A stretch of DNA of 27,946 nt. Origin: Anaerolineales bacterium. GTDB lineage: Bacteria; Chloroflexota; Anaerolineae; Anaerolineales; E44-bin32. The first letter of the stretch is position 1; each line of letters opens with the position of its first letter. Position numbers and translations under genes: made by a program. The stretch spans positions 1-27,946 of the forward strand of contig DAOVFE010000001.1 of NCBI GenBank assembly GCA_030673085.1, written 5' to 3'. Shown in pieces: positions 10,273 through 21,339 of this stretch. Below the pieces are notes generated by a model. That model searched no databases and was not told the origin of the DNA. It saw only the letters and a list, made by a program, of their open reading frames with translations.

Positions 10273-11322
10273 ATGCGAACTATAAGCTGGAATCCCAAAT
10301 CGCCATCGCTACAAGTGATTGATCAAAGGCTCCTTCCCGCCGAATTTAAGATCATAGAGCTTCATCAACCCGAAGAAGTTGCTGCCGCAATTCATAACAT
10401 GACCGTACGAGGCGCTCCAGCTATTGGAGTAACCGCCGCCTTCGGGCTTGCATTGGCCGGTATGCTCTCACCCGCCAAGACCGTAAAACATTTATGGGTT
10501 GATCTTGAAGCTGCAGCTACACTTCTGCGATCTGCACGGCCAACCGCTATTAACCTGAGTTGGGGACTAGATAGAGTCCTGCAGACTGCTCACGAAGCAG
10601 CCGATAATGGTCTTTCAGCCATTCGCCAACGATTGGTCGATGAGGCTCAAAGAATGGCAGACGATGATATAGCCATCAATCGAAGCATGGGAAAGCATGG
10701 GGCAGCGCTTATTGCCAATGGCGATACCTTGATCCATCATTGCAACACCGGCGCCCTGGCAACTGTCGATTATGGAACTGCTCTCGGAGTTATCCGAACG
10801 GCCCATGAACAGGGAAAAGAAATCCATGTTCTCGTCGACGAGACCCGTCCACGACTTCAGGGCGCACGCCTTACGGCATGGGAGCTGGATCAGTACAATA
10901 TCGATCACGATATAATTACCGATAACGCTGCCGGTTATTTCCTATCTCAAGGGAATATTAATTCGGTCTTTGTTGGAGCGGATCGCATCGCCGCTAATGG
11001 CGATATTGCAAACAAAATCGGAACTTATATGCTAGCCTTAGCAGCCAATGACAACCGGGTTCCCTTCTATTGCGTAGCGCCCACCTCAACCATAGATCTT
11101 TCCTTACAATCAGGTAAGCAGATACCAATTGAGGAGCGCGATCCATCCGAGGTTCTCAATCTTCAATGTAATGGCAAACCGATTGCGCCCTCAAACAGCA
11201 CGGCACGTAATCCGGCTTTTGATATCACTTCTCACACACTCGTCACCGCTATTATCACCGAAGCCGGCATATCACGGCCGCCTTATTTGCAATCTCTCGC
11301 CAAGGCGGTTGAAAAGGCTTAA
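10273..11322 (+). CDS. mtnA: S-methyl-5-thioribose-1-phosphate isomerase
   Basis: Motifs VRGAPAIG, HCNTGALAT, YGTALG, DETRPRLQGARLTAWEL and VGADRIAANGDIANKIGTY. Start placed at MRTISWN (10273). Confidence 0.95.
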   Translation: MRTISWNPKSPSLQVIDQRLLPAEFKIIELHQPEEVAAAIHNMTVRGAPAIGVTAAFGLALAGMLSPAKTVKHLWVDLEAAATLLRSARPTAINLSWGLDRVLQTAHEAADNGLSAIRQRLVDEAQRMADDDIAINRSMGKHGAALIANGDTLIHHCNTGALATVDYGTALGVIRTAHEQGKEIHVLVDETRPRLQGARLTAWELDQYNIDHDIITDNAAGYFLSQGNINSVFVGADRIAANGDIANKIGTYMLALAANDNRVPFYCVAPTSTIDLSLQSGKQIPIEERDPSEVLNLQCNGKPIAPSNSTARNPAFDITSHTLVTAIITEAGISRPPYLQSLAKAVEKA

Positions 11323-11324
11323 TA

Positions 11325-12281
11325 ATGAAGAAACTTATCCTCACCGGATCCATTGCCTACGACTACTTGATGCAGTTTCCGGGGCGCTTTCGAGATCACA
11401 TCTTACCCGATCATCTTGACCACATCAGTCTATCGTTCCTTGTTGATACGATGATTCGCCGGCGAGGTGGAGTTGCAGCCAATATCGCATACACCCTTGC
11501 CCTGCTCAGCGAACATCCAACCATTATGGCCACGGTTGGCGAAGACTTCGATGAATATCAAAACTGGCTGAACCAACATGGGGTTGACACCTCTGCCATC
11601 CAGACGATCAATGGCCTGAATACGGCGTCATTTTTTGTCAATACCGACCTGACGAACGCCCAAATCGCCAGCTTCTATCCCGGAGCAATGGCACGGGCGA
11701 ATGAATTACACTTTTCCGATTTACAAGAGAAACCCGATCTTGCCATGATCTCACCAAACGATCCGGATGCAATGAACGCCTATGTGGAAGAATGCCGCAG
11801 GCTCAAGATTCCATTTATCTACGATCCGAGCCAACAGATCGTTCGGCTTGCGCCAGACGATCTACGGACAGGCATTGAGGGCTGTAAGGCGCTATTTACC
11901 AATGATTATGAATTTGAATTGATCAAAGATAAAACCGGACTTGATCTAGAAGCTATCCGCGATAAGGCCGAGTTTGTTGTCATAACCCGCGGCGAAGAGG
12001 GCGCGGATATCTATACCCGCGATAGCGATAGCCACATCCCATCAATTCCCCCCAAGGAAATAGTTGAACCCACTGGCGTTGGGGATGCATTCCGAGCCGG
12101 CTTCCTAAAGGGTTATCTTCACAATCTGAGCTATGAACGCTGCGGTCAAATAGGCGCTTTAGCAGCCACATATTGTCTTGAACATGATGGGCCCCAGGGA
12201 CATCAGTTTAATCTGACGAACTTTATCAACCGCTTTCGTGAACATTTCGACGATCAATGCGAACTGGATCAGCTTCTATGA
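11325..12281 (+). CDS. adoK: PfkB-family carbohydrate kinase, adenosine kinase (mycobacterial AdoK-like)
   Basis: TGSIAYDYLMQFPGRF, SLSFLVD, GGVAANIAY, QIASFYPGAM, DPSQQ, and the PfkB signature EPTGVGDAFRAG. Sits in an operon with ahcY. Confidence 0.8.
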   Translation: MKKLILTGSIAYDYLMQFPGRFRDHILPDHLDHISLSFLVDTMIRRRGGVAANIAYTLALLSEHPTIMATVGEDFDEYQNWLNQHGVDTSAIQTINGLNTASFFVNTDLTNAQIASFYPGAMARANELHFSDLQEKPDLAMISPNDPDAMNAYVEECRRLKIPFIYDPSQQIVRLAPDDLRTGIEGCKALFTNDYEFELIKDKTGLDLEAIRDKAEFVVITRGEEGADIYTRDSDSHIPSIPPKEIVEPTGVGDAFRAGFLKGYLHNLSYERCGQIGALAATYCLEHDGPQGHQFNLTNFINRFREHFDDQCELDQLL

Positions 12282-13033
12282 ATCCCCTTGTCGATCCCGA
12301 GAGCATCCGCTCTTTATTGGAAACCAATCGTATCTGGTGCGCCTATGCACTAGCCGACCTCGATCCGGAGTATTTTGATCAAACCCGCTGGCTGCTCAGC
12401 GAATCGGCTGTTATGATGATCTATGCAGGACTAGAACCGCCGGTTCTTTTCGCTTATGGCGATTCCAGCGAGTTGGAGAAGCTGTTTAAAGAAGTACCTT
12501 CAGGAATTTACCAATATAGCTTTATGAAAGATTTTCGAGCCATCATAGCCAATCGACTGCAGCCATCGGTGGAAACAATAATGTTGCGAATGAGCCTGAA
12601 GCCAAACGAATTCTCGCCCGATTCGGCTCAGGACGCATTCCGGCTCGATGCGTCAGACCTGCCAGCGGTGCGCTCTCTCTTTGCTCATTATCAGGATCGG
12701 CCGGATGCCTTTCATGAAAGCCAATTGCAGTCGGGCATTTTTTTCGGCGTTTGGGAAGGCCAAAACCTGATTAGCATTGCAGGCACGCATGTGGTATCAA
12801 CTAATATAGGAGTCGCTGCCGTTGGCAACGTTTTCACCAGGCCAGACCAGCGCGCGAGCGGTCAAGCAACTCGATCCACAGCCGGCGTCGTAAATGCACT
12901 CCTCGAAGCCGGCATCCGTACTATTGTCTTAAATGTCGCCAAAGATAACCTCTCGGCTATCCGCTGTTATCGCCGGCTCGGTTTCCAGTCTTCTTATGAA
13001 TATCTTGAAGGCATTGGCGAAATCATAAATTAA
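12278..13033 (+). CDS. GNAT-family N-acetyltransferase (C-terminal FR47-like domain)
   Basis: C-terminal VGNVFTRPDQRASG...LNVAKDNLSAIRCYRRLGF. The ATG at 12278 overlaps the upstream TGA (ATGA). Confidence 0.85.
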   Translation: MNPLVDPESIRSLLETNRIWCAYALADLDPEYFDQTRWLLSESAVMMIYAGLEPPVLFAYGDSSELEKLFKEVPSGIYQYSFMKDFRAIIANRLQPSVETIMLRMSLKPNEFSPDSAQDAFRLDASDLPAVRSLFAHYQDRPDAFHESQLQSGIFFGVWEGQNLISIAGTHVVSTNIGVAAVGNVFTRPDQRASGQATRSTAGVVNALLEAGIRTIVLNVAKDNLSAIRCYRRLGFQSSYEYLEGIGEIIN

Positions 13034-14320
<1,287 letters not shown>

Positions 14321-14328
14321 TCCCGTTG

Positions 14329-14412
14329 GGAAGCTGCTGAAAAAGAGAAGCAATTTGCTAATGAGGTGTGGTATACATAGGGTGGGAGCGGATCTTCCCC
14401 CCATGTATACCA
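14329..14412. repeat. Miniature element copy B with a long hairpin; may also terminate the ahcY operon
   Basis: TGAAAAAGAGAAGCAATTTGCTAATG matches the reverse complement of the right end of copy E at 21/26 nt. Hairpin TGGTATACAT...ATGTATACCA at 14369-14412. Confidence 0.5.
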
Positions 14413-14503
14413 TAATCTTTTAATCCAGGTCCTTTTTTTCTCCTGTTCGACTTGGCAACTATCAAGACATAAAGCAGATAATTAAAGATTATTTAAATGA
14501 CTA

Positions 14504-14615
14504 CACTGAAAAAAGCCAATATGCGATAAAGAGAACGGCATATGCAGGGGACGGACATCACTCGCTCCCCTCATATGCATCCTTCATTCCCGTTGGCGGC
14601 CCCTTTTTTAAGTAG
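14504..14615. repeat. Miniature element copy C
   Basis: CACTGAAAAAAGCCAATATGCGATAAAG is 24/28 identical to 14647-14674. Internal hairpin GCATATG(C)AGGGGA...TCCCCTCATATGC at 14538-14578. Degenerate right end CCTTTTTTAAGTAG. Confidence 0.55.
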
Positions 14616-14645
14616 ATTCATTTATTGAGAGTAATATCTTTGAAC

Positions 14646-14711
14646 GCACTGAAAAAAGCCCGAATGCGAGAAAGGTATTTCGCTACTGGTGGATGCTTGT
14701 TTCAGTGGACT
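14646..14711. repeat. Miniature inverted-repeat element copy D
   Basis: CACTGAAAAAAGC ... GCTTGTTTCAGTG (12/13 inverted match). Its reverse complement matches 23621-23650 at 26/30 and both ends of 24309-24358. Confidence 0.65.
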
Positions 14712-14834
14712 TATCTGTAATTAGTGAAGGAGAATTCATATTCTGGCAATCTTATTGTGGTCGTAATAACATCCTGAATAAGCTTTCTAATCAATGGTCA
14801 CAGATTACATTAGACTCGCGAAGGAGAAGATGCA

Positions 14835-15704
14835 ATGCAAATCGTAACCGATAGTGGAACTGATACATGCCTATCCGCAGAGCAGGCGGCGGAACTGCAC
14901 ATCCACATTGTTCCCCTCATTGTCACCCTAGAAGGCAAGTCGTACCGCGACGGAGTGGATATTCAGCCGGATGAGTTTTATCGCTTGCTAGCGGCAGCCG
15001 ATAGCCTTCCGGTCACGTCGCAGCCGTCAGCGGCAGATTTCGCCTCGCTCTACCGCCGCTTATCGGCAACCGATCCCGACATCTTGTCCATTCACATGTC
15101 TTCGGGATTGAGCGGCACAGTTAATGCGGCGAAAGCAGGTGCAGAACATGTACCGGAAGCCAACATCACCATCATTGATACTAAAACCTTATCCGCCGCC
15201 GCCGGATGGCAGGTAAAGGCAGCCGCCCGAGCTTTGAAAGCCGGCTGGCCGAAGGAAAAGGCTCTAGCCTTAATGAATCGTATCGGCGCTGCCAGCGATA
15301 GCATATACACTCTTAAAGAACTCAAGTATCTGATTCATGGCGGACGAATCGGCCATATGAAAGGTCTTATCGCATCGGTGCTGAATATTAAGCCCTTGAT
15401 CGGCGTGGAAAAAGAGGGCGGAACCTATGTGGCGCTTGGCCAAAAGCGTTCTTTCAAGAAAGCAGTTCAAGGCCTGGTTGATCTTATAGCCAAACAGCAC
15501 GCTCCCGGCAGCGCCCTGCGGGTGCAGGTACTACACTCGTATAATCCTGAAGGCGCGGCCATGCTGCAGGAGCAGCTGAAACAACATTTCAATTGCACTT
15601 TGTTGCCGATAGGGCCAATGTCTCTAGTGTTAGGCGCCCATACCGGCTCAAGCATGATAGGTGTTGCCTATGCGCCTCTGGCAACATTCGCAGACATTCC
15701 ATAA
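14835..15704 (+). CDS. DegV family fatty-acid-binding protein
   Basis: IVTDSG, TSQPS, SIHMSSGLSGT, IDTKTLS, LIHGGRIG and VLGAHTG motifs; AAGGAG Shine-Dalgarno. Confidence 0.95.
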   Translation: MQIVTDSGTDTCLSAEQAAELHIHIVPLIVTLEGKSYRDGVDIQPDEFYRLLAAADSLPVTSQPSAADFASLYRRLSATDPDILSIHMSSGLSGTVNAAKAGAEHVPEANITIIDTKTLSAAAGWQVKAAARALKAGWPKEKALALMNRIGAASDSIYTLKELKYLIHGGRIGHMKGLIASVLNIKPLIGVEKEGGTYVALGQKRSFKKAVQGLVDLIAKQHAPGSALRVQVLHSYNPEGAAMLQEQLKQHFNCTLLPIGPMSLVLGAHTGSSMIGVAYAPLATFADIP

Positions 15705-16391
15705 CACTGCGCTTTTGGGCAATAGTCTATCCATTTCATCGATGGATTAAATGTAACCCTGGTTGTCGAGAAGCGTATGCGACTGAGACTCCCAGCTGCC
15801 ATCCATCATTGTCGCATTTAATTTCCCAGACAGGAAAACCTGGGCACGGTCGGAATTTCCTCCCTACCGATTGTCTTCAGTACAAGTCTCCAGCCATCAT
15901 CTCGCAACTGGCAGTGAGCAGTCTTTGGATTACGCTATTTAGTGAAGAAGTCTTCATGCGACTATTGTCCTGTAGCTGCAAGACCCTTTCCACGGTTCCT
16001 TTTCACGGTACAATTTGAGCGATGTCTGTATCAGGGAACAATTCTGTTAGTCGTCCATCGCAATCCAACAAAGGGATTCATCAGAATAGTCTCTTATTTT
16101 GGAAAGATAATCAGCAGCTGCTTATTTGCCATTAGGCTATAAAAGGAATCGAGCTTGATTGTGGACTATACTTCTTCGATTACTGCATTCTTTCTTTATT
16201 CACACTACTTAGGCGTTGCCTTGCAGCCGCATACCCTTGCCGGCAACCGCGATTTGTACTGGGTCAGGTCTATCCCACGGATCGCCCACGCCGGCTTGCT
16301 TCCGAATAACCCTGCGCTCATCGAGCGGATAATCCATCAATCCTCTAAAGGATCCCTAAATGACTAAAAATACAAACGCTGAGGCGAAGAA

Positions 16392-17963
16392 ATGATCTAC
16401 CGGAGCCCCTGGCCTTCCGTTTCCATTCCGCAGATGTCGCTGCCTGCCTTTATTCTTCAGCAGGCAGACAAATTCGGCGATAAGCCGGCATTGATCGAAG
16501 GCTCCAGCGCCCGGGTAATCACCTACCGGCAATTGAAGTCAGCCATAAATTCTTGCGCCGCCGGGCTTGCAGAGCGCGGTTTTGGTAAGGGCGATATATT
16601 CGCAATAGCCAGCCCTAATTCGCCTGAATTTGCCATTGCCTTCTATGCTGTGGCTTTGTTGGGCGGCATTGCGACTCCGATCAATCCGATGGCCACATCG
16701 ACCGAAATGACCGGCCAGCTCGTCGATTCTGGCGCCAAATATCTGATGACAACGCCTGAAACATCAGAAAAGGCTCTTAAAGCATCCGAAGGCGCCCGCG
16801 TGGAAATGATTTTCGCCGCTGGAGATGTGCCGGGGATATCGCCATTATCTAGCCTGGCTAGCAATAAACAGCCGCCGCAAGTCCAGATTCATCCAGATAA
16901 AGACATCGTCGCCCTTCCCTACTCAAGTGGTACAACCGGCCTACCCAAAGGCGTCAAGCTTAGCCACTTTAACCTGGTTGCTAATCTTTGCCAGTTGGAG
17001 TCGTTGGAGCGTATTACTGCGGACGATACATTAATCGGCCTGCTTCCGTTCTTCCATATCTATGGAATGACGGTTGTGCTCAACTCCGGTTTGTATCGCG
17101 GCGCGACTATCGTAACCATGTCCCGTTTCGACCTGCCTGGCTTTCTCCATATCCTGCAAACATATAGTGTGACCCGAGCGCATCTGGTGCCGCCTACGCT
17201 ACTTGCTCTAGCGAAACAGCCGATCGTGGGAGAATATGACCTCTCACACCTGAAGATAATTGTCTCCGGCGCGGCGCCGCTAGATAAATCTATCGCTAAA
17301 GCTTGCGCTGATCGGCTTGGATGCGTAATAAAACAGGGCTATGGTCTCACCGAATCAAGCCCAGTGACCCATATAAACCCCGATCCACCTGACCTGATCA
17401 AGCCCGGAGCAGTCGGACCATCACTGCCCAATACGGAGTACCAAATAGTGGACCCCCAAACCAGGGCGTCGTTCGGTCCGCAAAAACAGGGGGAGGTGCT
17501 CGTCCGCGGTCCTCAGGTTATGAAAGGTTATTGGCATCGCCCAGACGCCACAAATGAAGTACTCGATAACGCCGGTTGGCTTCGCACCGGTGACATTGGC
17601 TATGCAGATGAGGATGGTTATCTATATATTGTCGATAGGATTAAGGAGCTAATCAAATATAAAGGCTATCATGTGGCACCCGCCGAACTCGAAGCTGTCC
17701 TATTAACTCACCCAGCCATCGCCGATGCAGCCGTTATACCCAGCCAAGATGAACAAGCTGGCGAGGTCCCAAAGGCTTACATCGTGCTGAAAGAGGACAT
17801 AAACAAAAATGCCATTATGGCATACGTGGCCGAGCGGGTGGCGTCTTATAAGAAAGTACGGCAGGTTGAGTTCGTTAATCAGATTCCCCGATCTTCATCC
17901 GGGAAGATTCTGCGCCGAGTGCTAATCGATCATGAACGCCAACAGTCCAAGAAATCGACCTAG
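16392..17963 (+). CDS. 4-coumarate--CoA ligase-like AMP-dependent acyl-CoA synthetase
   Basis: PYSSGTTGLPKGV, PFFHIYG, QGYGLTES, GWLRTGD, DRIKELIKYKG and SGKILRR. Substrate unknown. Confidence 0.9.
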   Translation: MIYRSPWPSVSIPQMSLPAFILQQADKFGDKPALIEGSSARVITYRQLKSAINSCAAGLAERGFGKGDIFAIASPNSPEFAIAFYAVALLGGIATPINPMATSTEMTGQLVDSGAKYLMTTPETSEKALKASEGARVEMIFAAGDVPGISPLSSLASNKQPPQVQIHPDKDIVALPYSSGTTGLPKGVKLSHFNLVANLCQLESLERITADDTLIGLLPFFHIYGMTVVLNSGLYRGATIVTMSRFDLPGFLHILQTYSVTRAHLVPPTLLALAKQPIVGEYDLSHLKIIVSGAAPLDKSIAKACADRLGCVIKQGYGLTESSPVTHINPDPPDLIKPGAVGPSLPNTEYQIVDPQTRASFGPQKQGEVLVRGPQVMKGYWHRPDATNEVLDNAGWLRTGDIGYADEDGYLYIVDRIKELIKYKGYHVAPAELEAVLLTHPAIADAAVIPSQDEQAGEVPKAYIVLKEDINKNAIMAYVAERVASYKKVRQVEFVNQIPRSSSGKILRRVLIDHERQQSKKST

Positions 17964-18073
17964 CCCTTCAAGTCACTCTTTAAATAACTACAACCGGTCC
18001 TCAAGCGCTCCATTTAATCGCACATGAACGCTGAGAATACACCATCTATTGCCAAGCAAAAAAGTCCTTCCGA

Positions 18074-20881
18074 TCAATCACTACGCCGGTTGATGGCTGA
18101 TTGAATCGCATCGGTCACACACTGCAACCGAGCCGGTTTGTCGAGAAAGATCCCATAGGCGCGCCGGCCGAGGGATTGCAGGGCTTTCAAGTCCCCAATC
18201 GCTTGAGCGCGCTCGAAGACGCCAAAGCTCAGCCCCTGTCCTTCAATTGCGACATCCCTCTTACAATCTGCCGTGATGATCCAGCAAACAATTCCTTCCG
18301 CCCCCCCCTTATGTATCTGGCCGGTGGAATGCAAGTAGCGAGGGCCAAATCCCATAGTGCTTACAATGCCCAGGTCATCCCTAAGCATACGTCTTATTCG
18401 AGAGAACCGGCGCTTGGTTGAGCTTTGCATAGGAAGAAATAGCAGGAATGCCAAGGAAGTCTCATGCTCGTCAGGCAGCATGGAGTCGAGGATTTCATCC
18501 AGCCGAGGTTCATCCAAAAGAGGAGTCGAACGACCAGCATCCCAGATAGTCACTCCTTCTCCCTGCCAAAAAGCTTTTGATTCGGGCAGAACCCCATCTC
18601 TACGATAACGGTTTAAGAGTGCAATGGTCCGATCTTTCGTTCGTTGGACATCCGGCTGATTGAATGCATTTACGCCGATTAGATGGCAGGCGGTAGTAAT
18701 GGCTATCTCCCAACGAAAGAATTCAGCACCGATTCCAGCGGCATCTAACTGCACATCTTGTATCACATATGGAACGCCCGCCCGCTCCCAGCCACGCAAT
18801 TTTTGATCATACGCACCGCTATTTCGTAAATAGACCAACATACGTTCCGCACCATAAGAAGTCCCAGAGCCAGGTGGTTCTCCAACAACCGGCAACAGCC
18901 CCTTACCATCCTTTCCGCTGCTCTCGGCGATCAATTGCTCGATCCAATCGCCTAAAGGACTTAAAGCAGGATCCAGGACCAACGTAATCATCCTTCGGCC
19001 TTGTTGCGCCGCCGCACCCAGCATTGCTCCCAAGAAGAGCCCTGGATTGCGTATAGGTTCAACATTCGGTCCGCAGGCACGCGCCATTCGAGCGGCTCCG
19101 GTTAGCATTTCAATCCCATCAACGCCCATCAAGGCCGCCGGCAATAAGCCAAAAACTGAAAGCGCCGAGTAACGCCCGCCTATATCTGTAGGACCGCTAA
19201 AAACTCGAAGGAACTCTCGCTCATGTGCCATAGATTCAAGCGGAGTTGCTGGATCAGTCACTACAGCGAAATGCTCTCCGGCATGAGGGCCGAGTTTTTT
19301 CTTCGCTAGCGCCCAAAAGTGTTCGAGCAGATTCAGCGGTTCCGCCGTTGTGCCCGACTTGCTGGCAGTTATGAAGAAAGTGCTTTCTATTGACGCTTGA
19401 CGAGTTACTTTCCGAACCATAGCCGGATCGGTAGAATCTAAAATGATAAAATCCAAGCCGGTTTCTTCTGCAAGCATTCGCCGCAGCACATTCGCCGTCA
19501 TTGAAGACCCGCCCATCCCCATCCAAACGACGCGTTCTATGCCGCTAGCTTGTATTTTCTGGCCGAATTTTTCCAGCTCGCCTATTCTTCCCCGCATAGT
19601 CTCCGGCAGCGTCAGCCATCCCATGCGCCGGCTTACCTCTTCGGCCTGCTTATGATCGGCAGTCCAAAGCGATGTATCCCTAAGCCATAAGCGGCGACCA
19701 ACATCGTCGTGTTTTAAATTCGCAAGAATTGCTTCCAAGTTATCTAGTAAGGGACTTGTCTCTCGGCGTAAATCTCCTGCTTTAGCATTCAGAGACTCCA
19801 TCAGCAATCGATAAGAACGGATGAATTTATCCACACCTTCACGCTCAAGCTGATCGCTGACCTTTGTTAGCGAGATGCCAAGCTGCTGAAGCGCTTCTAT
19901 ACAGGCCCGCAGGTGAGACAAATCGGTCTCAATCGTCAGTTCCGCATGTCCATGATCCCGGAAAGCAGCTAATGTTTGGGGAGGAACCGTATTCACGGTA
20001 TGCGGACCAATTAGGTTATCGACGTAGTAGGTATCTGGATAATCAGGATTCTTTGTGCTTGTCGACGCCCATAGCGGACGCTGAACCCGGGCCCCGTGTC
20101 TATGAAGTAAAGCAAATCTCTCGCTGGCAAATGCCGCCTGGAATTGTGCATAGGCTATTTTCGCATTGGCAATAGCCGCCTTCCCTAGTAAAGACGCCGA
20201 CCGTTCTGCCTTAGGTCCTTTTTGGTTAATTATGTCATTCAATAGCTTATCCACAGCAGTATCCATGCGCGAAACAAAAAAGGACGCAACTGAAGCGATG
20301 TGACCAAGGGCTTCTCCACACTGTAACCGACTCTCTAAGCCTTTAAGGTAAGCCTCCATTACTTCATTGTAGCGTTCAAGGCTAAATATCAGAGTTACAT
20401 TGACATTTATTCCTTCAGAAATCGCTTGCTCTATCGCTGGGATGCCAGCCTTTGTGGCTGGGATTTTAATCATCACATTTGGCCGGTTAACAGTCTTCCA
20501 TAATCGGCGGGTTTCACTAATAGTCGCTTCGGCATTATCCGCCAGTTCCGGATTTACCTCGATCGATACATACCCATCGCCGCCATTGGTTTGCTCATAC
20601 AATGCAAGAAATAGATCCGCCGCAGCCCGAATGTCCTCAATCGCCAATACATCAAAAATCTCTTCAGTACTCCACCCGGCTTGTGCAAGCGGGCGGATGC
20701 TTGCAGTATATTGATCGGATTCGACGATAGCTTTCTGAAAAATCGTTGGATTCGAAGTCACCCCACGGATTTCGCCGGCGGAGATTAAGCCGGCAAGCTC
20801 GCCCGATTCAATTAGATCGCGACGAATGTAATCCAGCCATAGGGACTGCCCAAGTTCGTTTAACTGTTCAATCGGCTTCAT
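18074..20881 (-). CDS. Bifunctional transaldolase / phosphoglucose isomerase fusion
   Basis: N-terminal half: [31 protein letters not shown]-terminal half: [42 protein letters not shown]. Confidence 0.93.
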   Translation of the reverse strand: MKPIEQLNELGQSLWLDYIRRDLIESGELAGLISAGEIRGVTSNPTIFQKAIVESDQYTASIRPLAQAGWSTEEIFDVLAIEDIRAAADLFLALYEQTNGGDGYVSIEVNPELADNAEATISETRRLWKTVNRPNVMIKIPATKAGIPAIEQAISEGINVNVTLIFSLERYNEVMEAYLKGLESRLQCGEALGHIASVASFFVSRMDTAVDKLLNDIINQKGPKAERSASLLGKAAIANAKIAYAQFQAAFASERFALLHRHGARVQRPLWASTSTKNPDYPDTYYVDNLIGPHTVNTVPPQTLAAFRDHGHAELTIETDLSHLRACIEALQQLGISLTKVSDQLEREGVDKFIRSYRLLMESLNAKAGDLRRETSPLLDNLEAILANLKHDDVGRRLWLRDTSLWTADHKQAEEVSRRMGWLTLPETMRGRIGELEKFGQKIQASGIERVVWMGMGGSSMTANVLRRMLAEETGLDFIILDSTDPAMVRKVTRQASIESTFFITASKSGTTAEPLNLLEHFWALAKKKLGPHAGEHFAVVTDPATPLESMAHEREFLRVFSGPTDIGGRYSALSVFGLLPAALMGVDGIEMLTGAARMARACGPNVEPIRNPGLFLGAMLGAAAQQGRRMITLVLDPALSPLGDWIEQLIAESSGKDGKGLLPVVGEPPGSGTSYGAERMLVYLRNSGAYDQKLRGWERAGVPYVIQDVQLDAAGIGAEFFRWEIAITTACHLIGVNAFNQPDVQRTKDRTIALLNRYRRDGVLPESKAFWQGEGVTIWDAGRSTPLLDEPRLDEILDSMLPDEHETSLAFLLFLPMQSSTKRRFSRIRRMLRDDLGIVSTMGFGPRYLHSTGQIHKGGAEGIVCWIITADCKRDVAIEGQGLSFGVFERAQAIGDLKALQSLGRRAYGIFLDKPARLQCVTDAIQSAINRRSD

Positions 20882-21339
20882 GAATCGCTCTCGTATTCTG
20901 ATCGCTCAATTTCAAGCACTTTTTTCAGCCGGCGCATATGACGTGGCCCGCCGCTGAATTGGGCTCCGAGAAATGCCTTTACAATTTCTACCGCTAGCGC
21001 AGAGCCAATGACCCGCGCTCCAAGAGCCAGTATGTTTACATCATCATGCTCTACTGATTGATGCGCTGAGTAAGTATCATGACAAAGACCGGCGCGGATT
21101 CCATTCAGTTTGTTTGCCGCGACTGCGGCGCCTACCCCGGACCCGCAAACAATAATTCCTCGATCGGCTTCCTTTCTCTGCACCGCTCGTCCAACTTTTT
21201 CAGCATAATCAGGATAATCCACGGGTTCTTCTGAAAAAGTGCCTATATCCAGCACCTCGTGTCCGCTCTTTTGAATAGTCTCGATAATAATAGTCTTCAA
21301 AGGGAAACCGGCATGATCACACCCAATAGCAATCTTCAT
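20878..21339 (-). CDS. rpiB: Ribose-5-phosphate isomerase B
   Basis: [46 protein letters not shown] overlaps with both neighbours. Confidence 0.95.
   Translation of the reverse strand: MKIAIGCDHAGFPLKTIIIETIQKSGHEVLDIGTFSEEPVDYPDYAEKVGRAVQRKEADRGIIVCGSGVGAAVAANKLNGIRAGLCHDTYSAHQSVEHDDVNILALGARVIGSALAVEIVKAFLGAQFSGGPRHMRRLKKVLEIERSEYESDS

Noticed and set aside
14329-14711. CRISPR array
   Set aside because: The repeats are few, degenerate, mixed in orientation and irregularly spaced, and no cas genes are present.
15752-15779. Second ECF-like motif TGTAAC-N16-CGTATG in the degV-ligase spacer
   Set aside because: About one GTAAC-N16-CGT match is expected by chance in a window this size, and only a 14-codon ORF follows. 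Worth revisiting only if a regulon scan supports it.
15705-16391. Possible pseudogene in the 690-bp spacer
   Set aside because: Short stop-interrupted minus-strand frames look vaguely protein-like, but I cannot assign any family. BLASTX is needed.
18074-20881. Tal-Pgi fusion as a novelty
   Set aside because: It is a known bifunctional architecture, often clustered with tkt and rpiB.
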